Positions 9,561 through 19,670 of a DNA stretch of 64,000 nt are shown one piece after another. Position numbers and translations under genes: made by a program. Position 1 is the first letter of the stretch. The number at the start of each line of letters is the position of its first letter. Source of the DNA: Clostridia bacterium (GTDB lineage Bacteria > Bacillota > Clostridia > Oscillospirales > CAG-272); contig JAFTON010000002.1 of the NCBI GenBank assembly GCA_017463765.1, positions 206 through 64,205 on the forward strand, in the 5' to 3' direction. Below the pieces are notes generated by a model that was not told the DNA's origin, did not search any database, and was given only the letters and a program-made list of their open reading frames with translations.

Positions 9561-9869
9561 TCAAGCACCAACGAGATCGAGGATTTGATCTTTGCTCCTC
9601 GCTCCACTTACCTTTTTCAGAATCTTGCCCTCTTTCATAACCACAAGCGTGGGAATGCTGAGGACTCCGAACTCACGGGCAAGGTCCGGGTTATCGTTTA
9701 CGTTTATCTTTCCAACCAGGAGATCTTCTCTCTCTGCTGCGATCTCATCCACAAGAGGAAGCACCATACGGCACGGACCACACCAATCAGCATAGAAATC
9801 GAGAAGCGAAAGTCCCTTGTTGTTTCTTACCTGATTAAAATTTTCGTTATTAAGTCTAATAGCTGACAT
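9561..9869 (-). CDS. trxA: thioredoxin
   Basis: 102 aa with the WCGPC active site. Confidence 0.9.
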   Translation of the reverse strand: MSAIRLNNENFNQVRNNKGLSLLDFYADWCGPCRMVLPLVDEIAAEREDLLVGKINVNDNPDLAREFGVLSIPTLVVMKEGKILKKVSGARSKDQILDLVGA

Positions 9870-9937
9870 AAAATATCTCCTTTTCGTTTAAAATTTTGTT
9901 TTGTGAGTACATTATACCAACAAATCGGCGATCCGTC

Positions 9938-9952
9938 TGTGATAAAGTCACA
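9938..9952. promoter_or_regulatory. 15-bp near-palindrome TGTGAT-AAA-GTCACA, Crp/Fnr-type site in the trxA promoter
   Basis: On the minus strand, TGTGACTTTATCACA lies exactly 21 nt upstream of TATAAT (9911-9916). This is the same spacing as at dfx. Confidence 0.6.
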
Positions 9953-10108
9953 AAGGCGTATGCGAGCTTTATAAAAAGAAAGGGCTATCTCGCGTGAGAT
10001 AGCTCCTTTTATAACCTTAATTTATTTCGCGTTCAACAGAGATTTCCAGTTCCGCTTCCTCTGCGAGTATCTGCTCATTAGTGCAGATTATTTCTTCTCC
10101 GTCCGAGA

Positions 10109-10603
10109 CTACTTAATTACAATTGTCTCGCCGTTTTCCAAGGTAATAATTGCCTTGTCTGTAGTTAAACTTAAATTCTCTAACGCATAGGAAAAGATAT
10201 CGTATTTTACAATGCGGTTCAATTTTATAGAAAAATGAAGTAATTCACCTTCACATATAATAAAAACAAATTCATTATTGGCAAAAAAATCAACACATGG
10301 AGTTATTAAGTCATATTCAAAAACAATTTCGTTTTTAATATAATCAATAATGTAAAGATTAAAAGTTGTAGCAACAAATAACAAATTTAATTTGTTGTAT
10401 AACATATATGGAATGTTTTCTAATCCAACATCTACTTGATCTATTAGCCACTGTTTCTTCCCGTTAATGTCAATAATGTAATAGGATCTTGGGTTCATAT
10501 CTCTACTAAATAGAACAGGAATAGAACTTCTTTCTTGCAAAAATTCCTCTTCTGTTATTTTATTAATGTTAATTTCTAACAATTCATTAACCCCACTTTC
10601 CAT
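10109..10603 (-). CDS. hypothetical cytoplasmic protein in AT-rich island
   Basis: 164-aa ORF with no signal peptide or TM. Acidic and AT-rich codon usage. No motif recognised. Confidence 0.5.
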   Translation of the reverse strand: MESGVNELLEININKITEEEFLQERSSIPVLFSRDMNPRSYYIIDINGKKQWLIDQVDVGLENIPYMLYNKLNLLFVATTFNLYIIDYIKNEIVFEYDLITPCVDFFANNEFVFIICEGELLHFSIKLNRIVKYDIFSYALENLSLTTDKAIITLENGETIVIK

Positions 10604-10836
10604 AAATAAAAACAGTTTTTAGAACACCATTTCCCCAATGAGTCACCATGTTTAATATTCCACCTGATAATTGTTCTAAGTAAAAAGTCAAAATATTTAT
10701 AAAACTAGGTATAAAATGATTCTCTTTATACACCTCTTGGCAATTGAATGGCATTTTATAAAGAATTAATTATGCACAACTAATATATCTCAATTATAAT
10801 GTCACCAATAAAAAGTTCTTCATTATACATTTCGCT

Positions 10837-11163
10837 TTAATCAGCTTTAAAATACTCAAATTCATATAACACGCCATTTGATAAATACATATGAAATACT
10901 GTTGGAGGAAGATTTTCACATACAACTTGAATCTCAATAATTTTATCGCAAAAATCTTCATAAACTCCGTTATGATAAAACTTCATAATGCAATAATAAG
11001 GTGTGCTTTCTATGGCAATAGTTGCACTATTAATTTGTTGTAACAAATCATCGTAATTTACAGGTAATTTCTCTACTATATCACTGATATTTTCTTCCAT
11101 AGTTTTCAAGAAGAAAATAATCGCATCTTTGTAAATCCCCTCTAAAAATGTGTTGTTTACCAT
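10837..11163 (-). CDS. hypothetical small acidic protein in AT-rich island
   Basis: 108-aa ORF. Own near-consensus promoter (TTGACA-18-TATAAT at 11283-11312, minus strand). No motif recognised. Confidence 0.5.
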   Translation of the reverse strand: MVNNTFLEGIYKDAIIFFLKTMEENISDIVEKLPVNYDDLLQQINSATIAIESTPYYCIMKFYHNGVYEDFCDKIIEIQVVCENLPPTVFHMYLSNGVLYEFEYFKAD

Positions 11164-11525
11164 AACAATCCTCTCGTTTTATTTTATCGGACGATAAGTT
11201 CCGACACTTATCCAATTTGTGTCCCTTGTAAAATAATTGTAAAAGATATCAACTCCACTTACATTTACATTTATTTTATTTCATTATAACACACGGCTAA
11301 ATACCTTGTCAACAAAAAGTAATTAACCCATCGGACTATACCGTCTTTCTTGTTATTTTTTCAAAAAACATAGCATATCTACGTTATTTTAAAAAATCTC
11401 TCTTTTTAATGTCCCCTCCTATATATTAATACGAAAAAATGGCGAAGAATGCTGCGGAAAATGGTATTTTTTCAAAAAAATAAAAAAGGCAGGGGTATAA
11501 GCACCCCTGCCAAATCGTTATTAAA

Positions 11526-14500
11526 TTACTTCTTCTTGAAAATACCGAAGATCATTCTGAAGAAATCTGCAATTGCCTTGAAGATTCTCTGGAAGAAGTT
11601 AAGCTTTTCTTCAGGCTGCTCGATATCGTCATCCTTGGAATCGTCGGGATCGGTGCAATCCATGCCTGGATCTTCATCATCAGGATTACCGGGGTTGGGT
11701 GTAGGATCGGGAGAAACGGAAATACCGTTGTAGCAATTATCGCAGATAGCATCGCCGTTTTCATCTATGCAACCGTCCTCGCAGGGTGGCAGCGCAGGAG
11801 GAATCAACCCACCTGAGCCACAGTTGTCGCAAATTTTATCGCCGTCTTCATCCTTCCAGCAATCGCAGACGGGATTGTCTTCGCCGGGATTATCCTCGCC
11901 ACCAAGATCTATTGAAATCTCATAGAGGCGAACACCACGGTCGAACTCTGCATGATCGGGAGACACAACCTTATACGTACCTGCCGAAAGCTCGTAGGTG
12001 ACGGTAATTCTGGAATCCATGCTGCCGTAAACGGTATCAACACCCTCGTTGTTATTAACAACGTTACCGTTTGCATCAATAATAGCAAATGCAGAGGTAT
12101 TGTTTCCACCGGTAGAGCTTACAACTATAGTAACCTTACCGTCAGCACCGATGGTAAATACCACAGCGCCCTTAAGATCCTTACCGATCTCAATAGATTT
12201 TACAAAGCTTGCACCACTGTCAACACGCTTAATAACGTTCCCCTCAATGATGAAGAGACCGTCTGCATAAGTGCTGCCTGCAGAAATGGCATCCTTATCT
12301 GCACCAAGCTCAACGTCTGATGCCTCAAACTTATGAATGCCCTGGGTAGGTCCTACAGGTGTATCGGGAAGGAAGCCCTCTACGATTTTCTTGGTAATAA
12401 CAACGTCGCCGTCGCCCATCACGAATACATATTCCCAATAATCTGCGTCAGCGTGAGTCTGCTGAATCTTGACGCCGTTTGCATAAAGCTCAAGATCGGC
12501 ATCCATTATAGGATTGGTACGAAGGACAACGCGCTCTCCCTCAGCCATCTCGGTAGGAGCAAAGCCCTCAAGGAGCCAGCCGTCAAGACCGTCGTAGGTG
12601 ATGGTATGCTTCTCGTTATAGGAGGAGTCGTCAATTCCACAATCCACACAGAAGCCGTCAACAAAGCTATGTCCCTTTGCAGCTACGGTCTCGGTGTAGC
12701 TGTCGCCACACTCGCAGGTGTAGGTGATAATACCTGTCTCTGTACAGGTTGCTTCCTTGGTTTCCTCGTCAATATAGTTATGGGTATGACCGTCAGCAGG
12801 CACGTACGCCATATAGAAGAGATTTATAGAATCGTCCTTAGTAACCGAATGAGAGCCTGCATCAAGGGCGACTTCAAGTATCTGATTAGTGGGAATATCA
12901 AAGGAGGTTCCGTCTATCTTGATAGCCTTACCCGATGCGTTTGTCGAGCCACCGAATATAAGAACGAGAACGCCCTTTTCCGTTGCGCTGAAGGATATGT
13001 TTGTAGAGGATTCTATCTTAAGACATACGTCGAGAGTTTCACCGTTTAAGGTTATGCTACCCTTGGAGGAGGAAGTATTACCGGTAATCGAGAAGAAGCC
13101 CTCGGGGTCGGTCTTGCCGTTTGCTTTAAAGCTGTGAACCTGAGAATCGGGAGTGATTACGGTACCACCCGTAACAGTGCCACCTGTGCTGCCACTGCCT
13201 GTATTTCCACTGTCGCCACTACCGGTGTTTCCGCCCTCGCCATCATTATTGCCACCGTCATCGGGCTCGGTTGTGGGGGGAGGAGTGATAGGATTGGGAG
13301 CAGCATCAGGGTCTACTGCATAAATGCTGAGCGAAGAAATCTTAGCTTCCTTAAACTTAGCAGAGCCGATGTCATAGGTGCCTGCCTGAATGAAGTAGAA
13401 GCCCGAGGGCAGATTGTTCGCGCTGCCTGTACCCACTATAATAGCCTCACCGTATTCATTACAAAGTACGGGATGATAGGTAGAGGTAACCTCGGTCATA
13501 GAAATGTTAACCTCGGTGTCAACGTAGAATACGATATCGCATCCATTGGGGGTGCCACCTACGGTGATGCAATCAGAGGCAACCTTCTTAACGTTAAAAA
13601 CAATGTTATCGTATGTACCACTTGTAGATGTGATATAGGATTTGTTAAGATCTTTAACGTAATCGAGAGAAACGGCAGCCTCGGGATAACGGCCGGAGGG
13701 AATTTCGGAAAGATTTACTTCATCGGGAGTAATAATCTCATCCTTCTGTGTACCTGCGTAAGCAAGAACAACAGCCTTCATCTCTCTGATGCTCTCCTGA
13801 ATGATATAATCACCCGATGGGATATAGCTGAGAGAGGAGTTTGTATCAAAATTCTCGAACTTATTGCCCGAAGAAACCTTCTCGCCCCTGCTTGTAACAA
13901 TGACAGCATGGTTATTTCCCGTACAGCTTGCGAAGGAGTCGCCATAGCTCTTTACTGCGCCTGAATCAACGTCTACGGGGTTCTTGCTCTTATAGAACAT
14001 ATTATATTCAGAGAAAATATAAGCATTTGCTCTGGGATTCATACAGTAGCTGGTCTGTCCGTCAAAGATATTGTTATACATATGGATATTCGCCTGACGG
14101 GCAAGAGGACCACGGGATTCGCAATCCTTCCAGTAGTTGTGATGATAGGTAAGATGATACTGGAGCGAGGAGTCGGACGAACCTACAAGGTTGGTCTTAT
14201 GATAACCCTTGTAGTAGCAGTAAGAATTGGTGAAATACTGACCACGCTTAAAGTCACACGCACCGTCACCACCGTCCTTATCGCTCTCGGCAGGATTGGA
14301 AATTACGGGAGCATAGAAGGTACAGTGATGAATCCAACAACGCTCAACAGGAGCAGTAAGGGTAGAGCCCTCCTGCTGACCCTCCATTCCGACACAATCC
14401 TCGGGAACGTTTTTGAAGGAGAGGTTTCTTACCTCAAAGCTCTTACCGATACCGGCAGGGTAGTCTGCAGTCTGGCAGATGAAGTGAAGACCCCAACCGT

Positions 14501-15311
14501 TCATAACGGCATCAGAGCCAATACCCTCGATAGTAATATCCTTACCACCCGACATTCTTGCCATAAAGCCATTGTCACCAACGCTTCCGCCGTAATTGAC
14601 AGAGTCAAATTCGGTAAGTCCCACGGGAGCAGTAACGTTACCGATAATACGGACTACAAGAGGAGTTCCCTCCTTAGCAAGCTTGCGTATAATATCTTTA
14701 TTTGAGTTAGCGATACCACCTTTTGAGTTTTTTCCACCACCAACGTCCTGACCTACGGAATTGAGAATATTACCGATACCGGTAACCGTAGTTCCATCCT
14801 TCGCAGTAACCGAAACGGTGTTCTTGTTAGCATCGGTAACGTAGATAACGATTGCATTCGCCTTAAGAGTTCCGTCGTCGTTGTATGCGCCAACGCCCTC
14901 GGTGTAGTTGAAATGAGCATAACCCGAACGGTCGTATGCAGTAACGGTAAGCGTCTCGGTTACAAGAGCCTTATCCGTCATCTCCACACCCGACGAGGTG
15001 GGAACGACCTTAATCTGATAATTACCTGCCTTAATGCCAACGGCGTCAACACGGTAGTAGGATGTATAGCTGCGAACAAGCTGGCTGTCAAGCTTACTCC
15101 AAGCCGAAGAGCCTGCCGAAGCAATATAGGCATTATAGCCGTCAGCACCCGAAACGGGAGCCCACTCGGCATAGGCAGATTCAAACCAGCCTGCCGCCTC
15201 GGTTATTCCACTGCCTGTCGCAAAGGAGCTGATGCCCAAAGCAGCAAATACAGACAGAACAATTGTGAAAATTAATACTGCTGTGAGTATTTTTTTCTGT
15301 GTAGCCTTCAT
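11526..15311 (-). CDS. secreted multidomain polysaccharide lyase family 1 (pectate lyase-like) protein
   Basis: N-terminal signal/TM. PL1-like motifs WIHHCTF, DGACDFKRG, HKTNLVGSSD and RGPLARQANIHMYNNIF. Gly/Thr/Ser linker, His/Cys module, Asp/Cys-rich C-terminus. GAGGAA lies before the ATG at 15311. Confidence 0.8.
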   Translation of the reverse strand: MKATQKKILTAVLIFTIVLSVFAALGISSFATGSGITEAAGWFESAYAEWAPVSGADGYNAYIASAGSSAWSKLDSQLVRSYTSYYRVDAVGIKAGNYQIKVVPTSSGVEMTDKALVTETLTVTAYDRSGYAHFNYTEGVGAYNDDGTLKANAIVIYVTDANKNTVSVTAKDGTTVTGIGNILNSVGQDVGGGKNSKGGIANSNKDIIRKLAKEGTPLVVRIIGNVTAPVGLTEFDSVNYGGSVGDNGFMARMSGGKDITIEGIGSDAVMNGWGLHFICQTADYPAGIGKSFEVRNLSFKNVPEDCVGMEGQQEGSTLTAPVERCWIHHCTFYAPVISNPAESDKDGGDGACDFKRGQYFTNSYCYYKGYHKTNLVGSSDSSLQYHLTYHHNYWKDCESRGPLARQANIHMYNNIFDGQTSYCMNPRANAYIFSEYNMFYKSKNPVDVDSGAVKSYGDSFASCTGNNHAVIVTSRGEKVSSGNKFENFDTNSSLSYIPSGDYIIQESIREMKAVVLAYAGTQKDEIITPDEVNLSEIPSGRYPEAAVSLDYVKDLNKSYITSTSGTYDNIVFNVKKVASDCITVGGTPNGCDIVFYVDTEVNISMTEVTSTYHPVLCNEYGEAIIVGTGSANNLPSGFYFIQAGTYDIGSAKFKEAKISSLSIYAVDPDAAPNPITPPPTTEPDDGGNNDGEGGNTGSGDSGNTGSGSTGGTVTGGTVITPDSQVHSFKANGKTDPEGFFSITGNTSSSKGSITLNGETLDVCLKIESSTNISFSATEKGVLVLIFGGSTNASGKAIKIDGTSFDIPTNQILEVALDAGSHSVTKDDSINLFYMAYVPADGHTHNYIDEETKEATCTETGIITYTCECGDSYTETVAAKGHSFVDGFCVDCGIDDSSYNEKHTITYDGLDGWLLEGFAPTEMAEGERVVLRTNPIMDADLELYANGVKIQQTHADADYWEYVFVMGDGDVVITKKIVEGFLPDTPVGPTQGIHKFEASDVELGADKDAISAGSTYADGLFIIEGNVIKRVDSGASFVKSIEIGKDLKGAVVFTIGADGKVTIVVSSTGGNNTSAFAIIDANGNVVNNNEGVDTVYGSMDSRITVTYELSAGTYKVVSPDHAEFDRGVRLYEISIDLGGEDNPGEDNPVCDCWKDEDGDKICDNCGSGGLIPPALPPCEDGCIDENGDAICDNCYNGISVSPDPTPNPGNPDDEDPGMDCTDPDDSKDDDIEQPEEKLNFFQRIFKAIADFFRMIFGIFKKK

Positions 15312-15692
15312 ATTAGTTTCCTCACTTTTTTGATATGTTTTCATAATGTAATTCCCATCCATTTTACATTATATCACCAAAAATATCAAATGTCAATTTT
15401 TTTATTTATAATAATTAACATATTAAAGTTTAGTTTAACTATAAAAATTGTTTAATATAAATAAATCAAAAAAATCAAGAAAACAAAGAACGAATATCAA
15501 TTTTATTAATATTAACAAGTTTACTGTTGACAAAATGCTATGGAATTTGCTATAATTTATAATTAAGAGAAGAGTTTGAAGATAATTTTTCAAACCGTCG
15601 TTTATGCTTTTTGTTTTCAAAACAATCGGGTTCTCCTACCCACAAAAAGTCAAAAAACAAACGACCTCGGATACGAAAGGAATGGTATAAAA

Positions 15693-16364
15693 ATGGCAAA
15701 GCAAAAGAAAAATTCAAACTACGTCACAGAAAAAACAGTTGCAGCCAAGGCAGAGCGTGACGCAGCAAAGATTAAGGAAGAAAAGGATAGAAAAACCAAG
15801 ATTCTCGCAATCTCTATCGGCTCGGCTGTGGCAGCGATAGCATTGATTGTAGGTCTGCTCTTCGCCTTCGGTGCTTTTGAGTATAAGCCCGAGCCCACCT
15901 ATCACGCAACCTTTAATTTTGACAACGGCAGCTCGCTTCATATTGAGCTCTATGGCAATGATGCTCCCGAAACCGTAAAGCACTTCCGTAAGCTTTGTGA
16001 GGACGGACACTTTGACGGTCGAAGTGCAAACAGCCTTATCGACGAGCTGCTCTATTTCGGCAAGGACGTTGAAGGCGTTGAGGGCATTAAGGGCGAGTTT
16101 GCAGACAACGGTGTTGAAAACAAGATTCCTATGAAGAAGGGTGTTCTTTGTATGGCGAGAGGCTCTGAGTACAACTCTGCATACGGTCAGTTCTTCGTTC
16201 TGACAAAGAACAACTCCTCCCTTAAGGGACAGTATGCTGCATTCGGAAGAATAACCGAGCTTGACGGACTTGAAAATCTGCTCGACAGCATCACTGTTTC
16301 CGACGATGGCAAGGTTACCGAGTCACCAAAGATCACAGGCGTATCGCTTCACGCAGCTCATTAA
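15693..16364 (+). CDS. cyclophilin-type peptidyl-prolyl isomerase, membrane anchored
   Basis: ATG at 15693 (MAKQKK). One TM helix, then LHIELYGNDAPETVKHFRKLCEDGHFDG and a QFFVL cyclophilin core. Confidence 0.85.
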   Translation: MAKQKKNSNYVTEKTVAAKAERDAAKIKEEKDRKTKILAISIGSAVAAIALIVGLLFAFGAFEYKPEPTYHATFNFDNGSSLHIELYGNDAPETVKHFRKLCEDGHFDGRSANSLIDELLYFGKDVEGVEGIKGEFADNGVENKIPMKKGVLCMARGSEYNSAYGQFFVLTKNNSSLKGQYAAFGRITELDGLENLLDSITVSDDGKVTESPKITGVSLHAAH

Positions 16365-16451
16365 TTGTGTTGATTGATGTAGTTATGTAAATTTTTGTTG
16401 TCAAAAAACGACTATCCCGGAGTTTTTTCGAAGGGATAGTCGTTTCATTTT

Positions 16452-17912
16452 TTATTTTTTCTTTTCAAGTTTTTTGATTTTTTCTATGGCAGCCTTACCC
16501 TGCGATGCAGCTACAGGAAGTCCACCGGGTGATTGCTGCCACTGGGTTGCAATAAAGAGATTTTTCACTCCATCAACAGCACAGTCGAGGGGTATGGGAA
16601 TAAAGCTCTCGGGGATTGCGAAGCTCATAAATGAGCCAACCTCCGAGCCGATAAACCTCTCATAGCTTGCCGGTGTCCAGAAATCAATAAGCGAAAGTCT
16701 GCCTTTAAGAGTGGGACAGTGCTCCTCAATAAGCATCTGCAGTATTCCGGCAAGATGCTGCTTTTTTAGATTATACGCCTCTTTGTTTTCATTTCTCAGC
16801 CTGATAAAATCGACGCAGTCCTCATCAAAGCAGAAGGTGAGCGTCTGAAGAATGTTTTTAGCCTCGGGAGCATATGAGGGCTCGTGTGAAAACTCGCGCA
16901 GTATAAGCTGCTTTGTACCAAGTGTATCAACATATTCCTTCGGGACGTCGAAAATAAGATCCCCCTCAAAGGGCAGCTCGGCAAGGTCGCAGGAGAAGGC
17001 TGCGTGATATGCTGAAAAACGGCGCAGCTTCGGGTTGTCATAGTGTTTTCTCAGCTTCTTTGGCATCGGGACGTCAAGCAGCTTGCCAAAGGTTACAGCC
17101 GTATCGGTTGTAAGTATTATATAGTCCCCCGAAGCAACCGATCCGTCGGAGAAGCTGACCGACACAGCGCGACCTCCCTCCAGATTAACCTTCACTGCCT
17201 CACGATTAAGATACAGCCTGCCACCCAGCGACTCAAACCTCTCGGCAAGTCTTTTCGCTGTCTTAAGCGAGCCACCCTCGGGAAGTGCACCGTTCCTGCC
17301 ACAGTAGGTAGCAAAAACGAAAATCAGCGCAAATGCACCAAAATCATCTCCCCAGAAGCCTGTAATAAAGCTCTGAAGTGCAGTACTTTTAAATCGCCTT
17401 GCAAGCTGACTTGTGGTGAGTCCTAAATATTTCAGGATAGGAAATGCGCCACGAAGCACTCTACCGATTGAAACTCCCTCGTCACAGCCCTCGCCTGCAA
17501 TATTATCTGCCGCCATAACAAGCTCAATGGCATTACAAAACCTGTTTATCTCTGCCTTATCCTCGGGAGAAACGCGAAGCATTCCCTCACGAAGCTCGGG
17601 AAGTGAAGGTGGCAGGCAAACACGCACACCGTCTCTGTCACAGGTAAAAAGACTGTTTCCCTGAAGGATACCAACCCCGTCGCCAAGAACACCGAGATCG
17701 ACCCACATCTGATGAAGCGAGGAATTCTCATTTGTTCCGGTCAACCAATGGATACAGTTATCGATATGATACTCGCCCCTCTGCCAGCCTGTCAGATTTC
17801 CACCGGGAACGAAATGCTTCTCATAAATCTCTGCATCATATCCGGCAAGTCGGGCATAAATTCCGGCACTGAGACCGGCAACACCACCACCGATAATAAC
17901 GATTTTTCTCAT
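16452..17912 (-). CDS. FAD-dependent oxidoreductase, phytoene desaturase (CrtI-like) family
   Basis: MRKIVIIGGGVAGLSAG dinucleotide-binding start. About 487 aa from the ATG at 17912. Confidence 0.8.
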   Translation of the reverse strand: MRKIVIIGGGVAGLSAGIYARLAGYDAEIYEKHFVPGGNLTGWQRGEYHIDNCIHWLTGTNENSSLHQMWVDLGVLGDGVGILQGNSLFTCDRDGVRVCLPPSLPELREGMLRVSPEDKAEINRFCNAIELVMAADNIAGEGCDEGVSIGRVLRGAFPILKYLGLTTSQLARRFKSTALQSFITGFWGDDFGAFALIFVFATYCGRNGALPEGGSLKTAKRLAERFESLGGRLYLNREAVKVNLEGGRAVSVSFSDGSVASGDYIILTTDTAVTFGKLLDVPMPKKLRKHYDNPKLRRFSAYHAAFSCDLAELPFEGDLIFDVPKEYVDTLGTKQLILREFSHEPSYAPEAKNILQTLTFCFDEDCVDFIRLRNENKEAYNLKKQHLAGILQMLIEEHCPTLKGRLSLIDFWTPASYERFIGSEVGSFMSFAIPESFIPIPLDCAVDGVKNLFIATQWQQSPGGLPVAASQGKAAIEKIKKLEKKK

Positions 17913-18144
17913 TTTCACGCCTCGATTCTTAGTCGCAATTTTAATTAACAAACCATCGTATATGTAATTTTTCTTATAAATATTATAGATAGTTTTAATT
18001 CTGTTGTCAACAACCAAAGTGTAATTTTTTGCTATTAAAACTGTAAACTTTTTCGCAAGAAATGTAATCGTATATTTTGTAAAAGCAAAAAATATCCACC
18101 ATTATGTAATCTATACTTTACATTTTGGTGGATTTTATGATTAT

Positions 18145-18696
18145 TTAAAGTCTTAACGTAGATTTTATCTGTTCCAGCTTTTTTGCAAGAAACAAAAACA
18201 GCGTGGGGAAAACCACTCCATTGGTGGCAAGCTGTACAAGATAAAACACAAGCCCCCTGACATAATAAAGGCAGAAGTTGGGAAGATAATTTTCATTGAT
18301 ACCAAGATAAAATGCCGTATCTATCAAACTGGATAGAACGCCAAACAGAACGGTTAATCCAAGCGCCGTCAGAGTTAACAAAATCCGACTATTAACACCC
18401 TTCTTACGAAGCAGCAGGAATACCAATGCTACCAATGGCCAATAAATAATATATGTAAGAATCCAGCTGCCTATTCCGTAAATCAGTGGCTCAATGCAGA
18501 CAAAAATAACCGTTGCGATAACTCCGTATATCCCGAACACGTAGCCGTACAGAGCACAAAGCAAAGTGACAACCTCGATATTAGGCAGGAAGGAGAGAGC
18601 CAGCTTTCCACACTCGAGAGTAGCAGCCATAATACCCACGAGAGCCACGCTTCTTGCGTTAAATTTTATATTATTTTCAAAAAGTTTCAAAAGCAT
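18145..18696 (-). CDS. polytopic membrane protein, ECF-transporter S-component-like (putative cobalamin uptake)
   Basis: 183 aa with 5-6 TM helices. Second gene behind a cobalamin riboswitch and a DUF4430 lipoprotein. The function is inferred from context. Confidence 0.6.
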   Translation of the reverse strand: MLLKLFENNIKFNARSVALVGIMAATLECGKLALSFLPNIEVVTLLCALYGYVFGIYGVIATVIFVCIEPLIYGIGSWILTYIIYWPLVALVFLLLRKKGVNSRILLTLTALGLTVLFGVLSSLIDTAFYLGINENYLPNFCLYYVRGLVFYLVQLATNGVVFPTLFLFLAKKLEQIKSTLRL

Positions 18697-18744
18697 CCCC
18701 TCCCCTTAGTATTCTACTTTTTGTATGCTATTTACTACACCGGA

Positions 18745-19218
18745 TCAATAGGGTGATTTCTCAAGCCTGAAGAGAATTACTCCCCCCTCCGAAACCTGCA
18801 TACCACTGAGTCCTACACCTGCCTGGTACAGAGTCATACCGTCATACTGAACCGTGGGTGCACCCTCATAGCTGTCGGATGCCACAGAAGTATAAACGAT
18901 AACGTACATCTTATCGGCAGTGCTTTCCTTTATAGAGCCAATTGCCGAGACGTATGCGCCATAGGTGCTGTCTATCATTTCAACGTAAAAGCCGTCGTTG
19001 TTTTCTTTCAGATATTCTATAACTCCCTTCGCGCCCTCTTTGTTATTTTCAAGAGCCGAAAGCTCTACCTTGTAGTCGGTGTAGCTTCCGTCGGCAGCTT
19101 CAACAACCACAGTGAATGCGCCACTATCGTCAACCTGTCCGAACAGGAGGTGGCAGGACGAGAGAGTCAAAAGCGAGATCACTAAGACTAAAATTAATGC
19201 TAATCGCATTTTTTTCAT
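18745..19218 (-). CDS. DUF4430-like lipoprotein (transcobalamin-like fold family)
   Basis: Lipobox LTLSSC. 157 aa. The C-terminal GGVILFRLEK pattern is typical of DUF4430. First gene after the B12 riboswitch. Confidence 0.7.
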   Translation of the reverse strand: MKKMRLALILVLVISLLTLSSCHLLFGQVDDSGAFTVVVEAADGSYTDYKVELSALENNKEGAKGVIEYLKENNDGFYVEMIDSTYGAYVSAIGSIKESTADKMYVIVYTSVASDSYEGAPTVQYDGMTLYQAGVGLSGMQVSEGGVILFRLEKSPY

Positions 19219-19306
19219 TGTTTTTTACCTCTTTTTCTTTGTTTTATTATAGAAAAAGCATATTACCGACAAGGATAATTTGTAGGATTATCCTTGTAGT
19301 ACGGGT

Positions 19307-19333
19307 AAAAGAAAACCACCCTGTCGGGTGGTG
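19307..19333 (-). terminator. intrinsic terminator candidate in riboswitch expression platform
   Basis: Minus-strand CCACCC-GACA-GGGTGG followed by TTTTCTTTT, about 90 nt upstream of the DUF4430 start. Confidence 0.5.
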
Positions 19334-19486
19334 GATAGTAAAAATAAGCGCAGGAAAAGAGAGCGCAAAAAGCACTCTGAAATCCAAGCTGTTTTCTACG
19401 TCATCCTCCGTTTGCCCAAGGAATATGCATATATAAGAGCAAGGACCGAAAGCCCATAACAAGCTTTTATAAGATCCTCTCTTACG

Positions 19487-19665
19487 AGCATTCGGCAGGC
19501 CTTCCGACTGAGAAGCGTGGCTGCACAAAAACATTTTATCAAGCGAGACCACCGAGGTGGTTTTATGACAAAGGCTTCTGTCGCTTCATCACGGCAATGG
19601 CTGTTGCGACGGATTTTCACCGTACTTTCCCTGCCAGGATATTAGAGATTTCTCTCCCGAATGCT
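19487..19665 (-). promoter_or_regulatory. cobalamin (B12) riboswitch aptamer
   Basis: Minus strand reads GGCAGGGAAAGTACGGTGAAAATCCGTCGCAACAGCC ... B12 box CAGTCGGAAGGCCTGCC. The P1 helix is closed by AGCATTCGG / CCGAATGCT. Confidence 0.85.
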
Positions 19666-19670
19666 AATTA

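Noticed and set aside
10017-10112. 31-codon open frame of normal GC content (VVSDGEEIICTNEQILAEEAELEISVEREIN) just beyond the AT-rich island, considered as the 3' remnant of a displaced gene.
   Set aside because: It has no start codon. An open stretch of this length is expected by chance fairly often, and no motif is present. It is mentioned only as weak support for island insertion.
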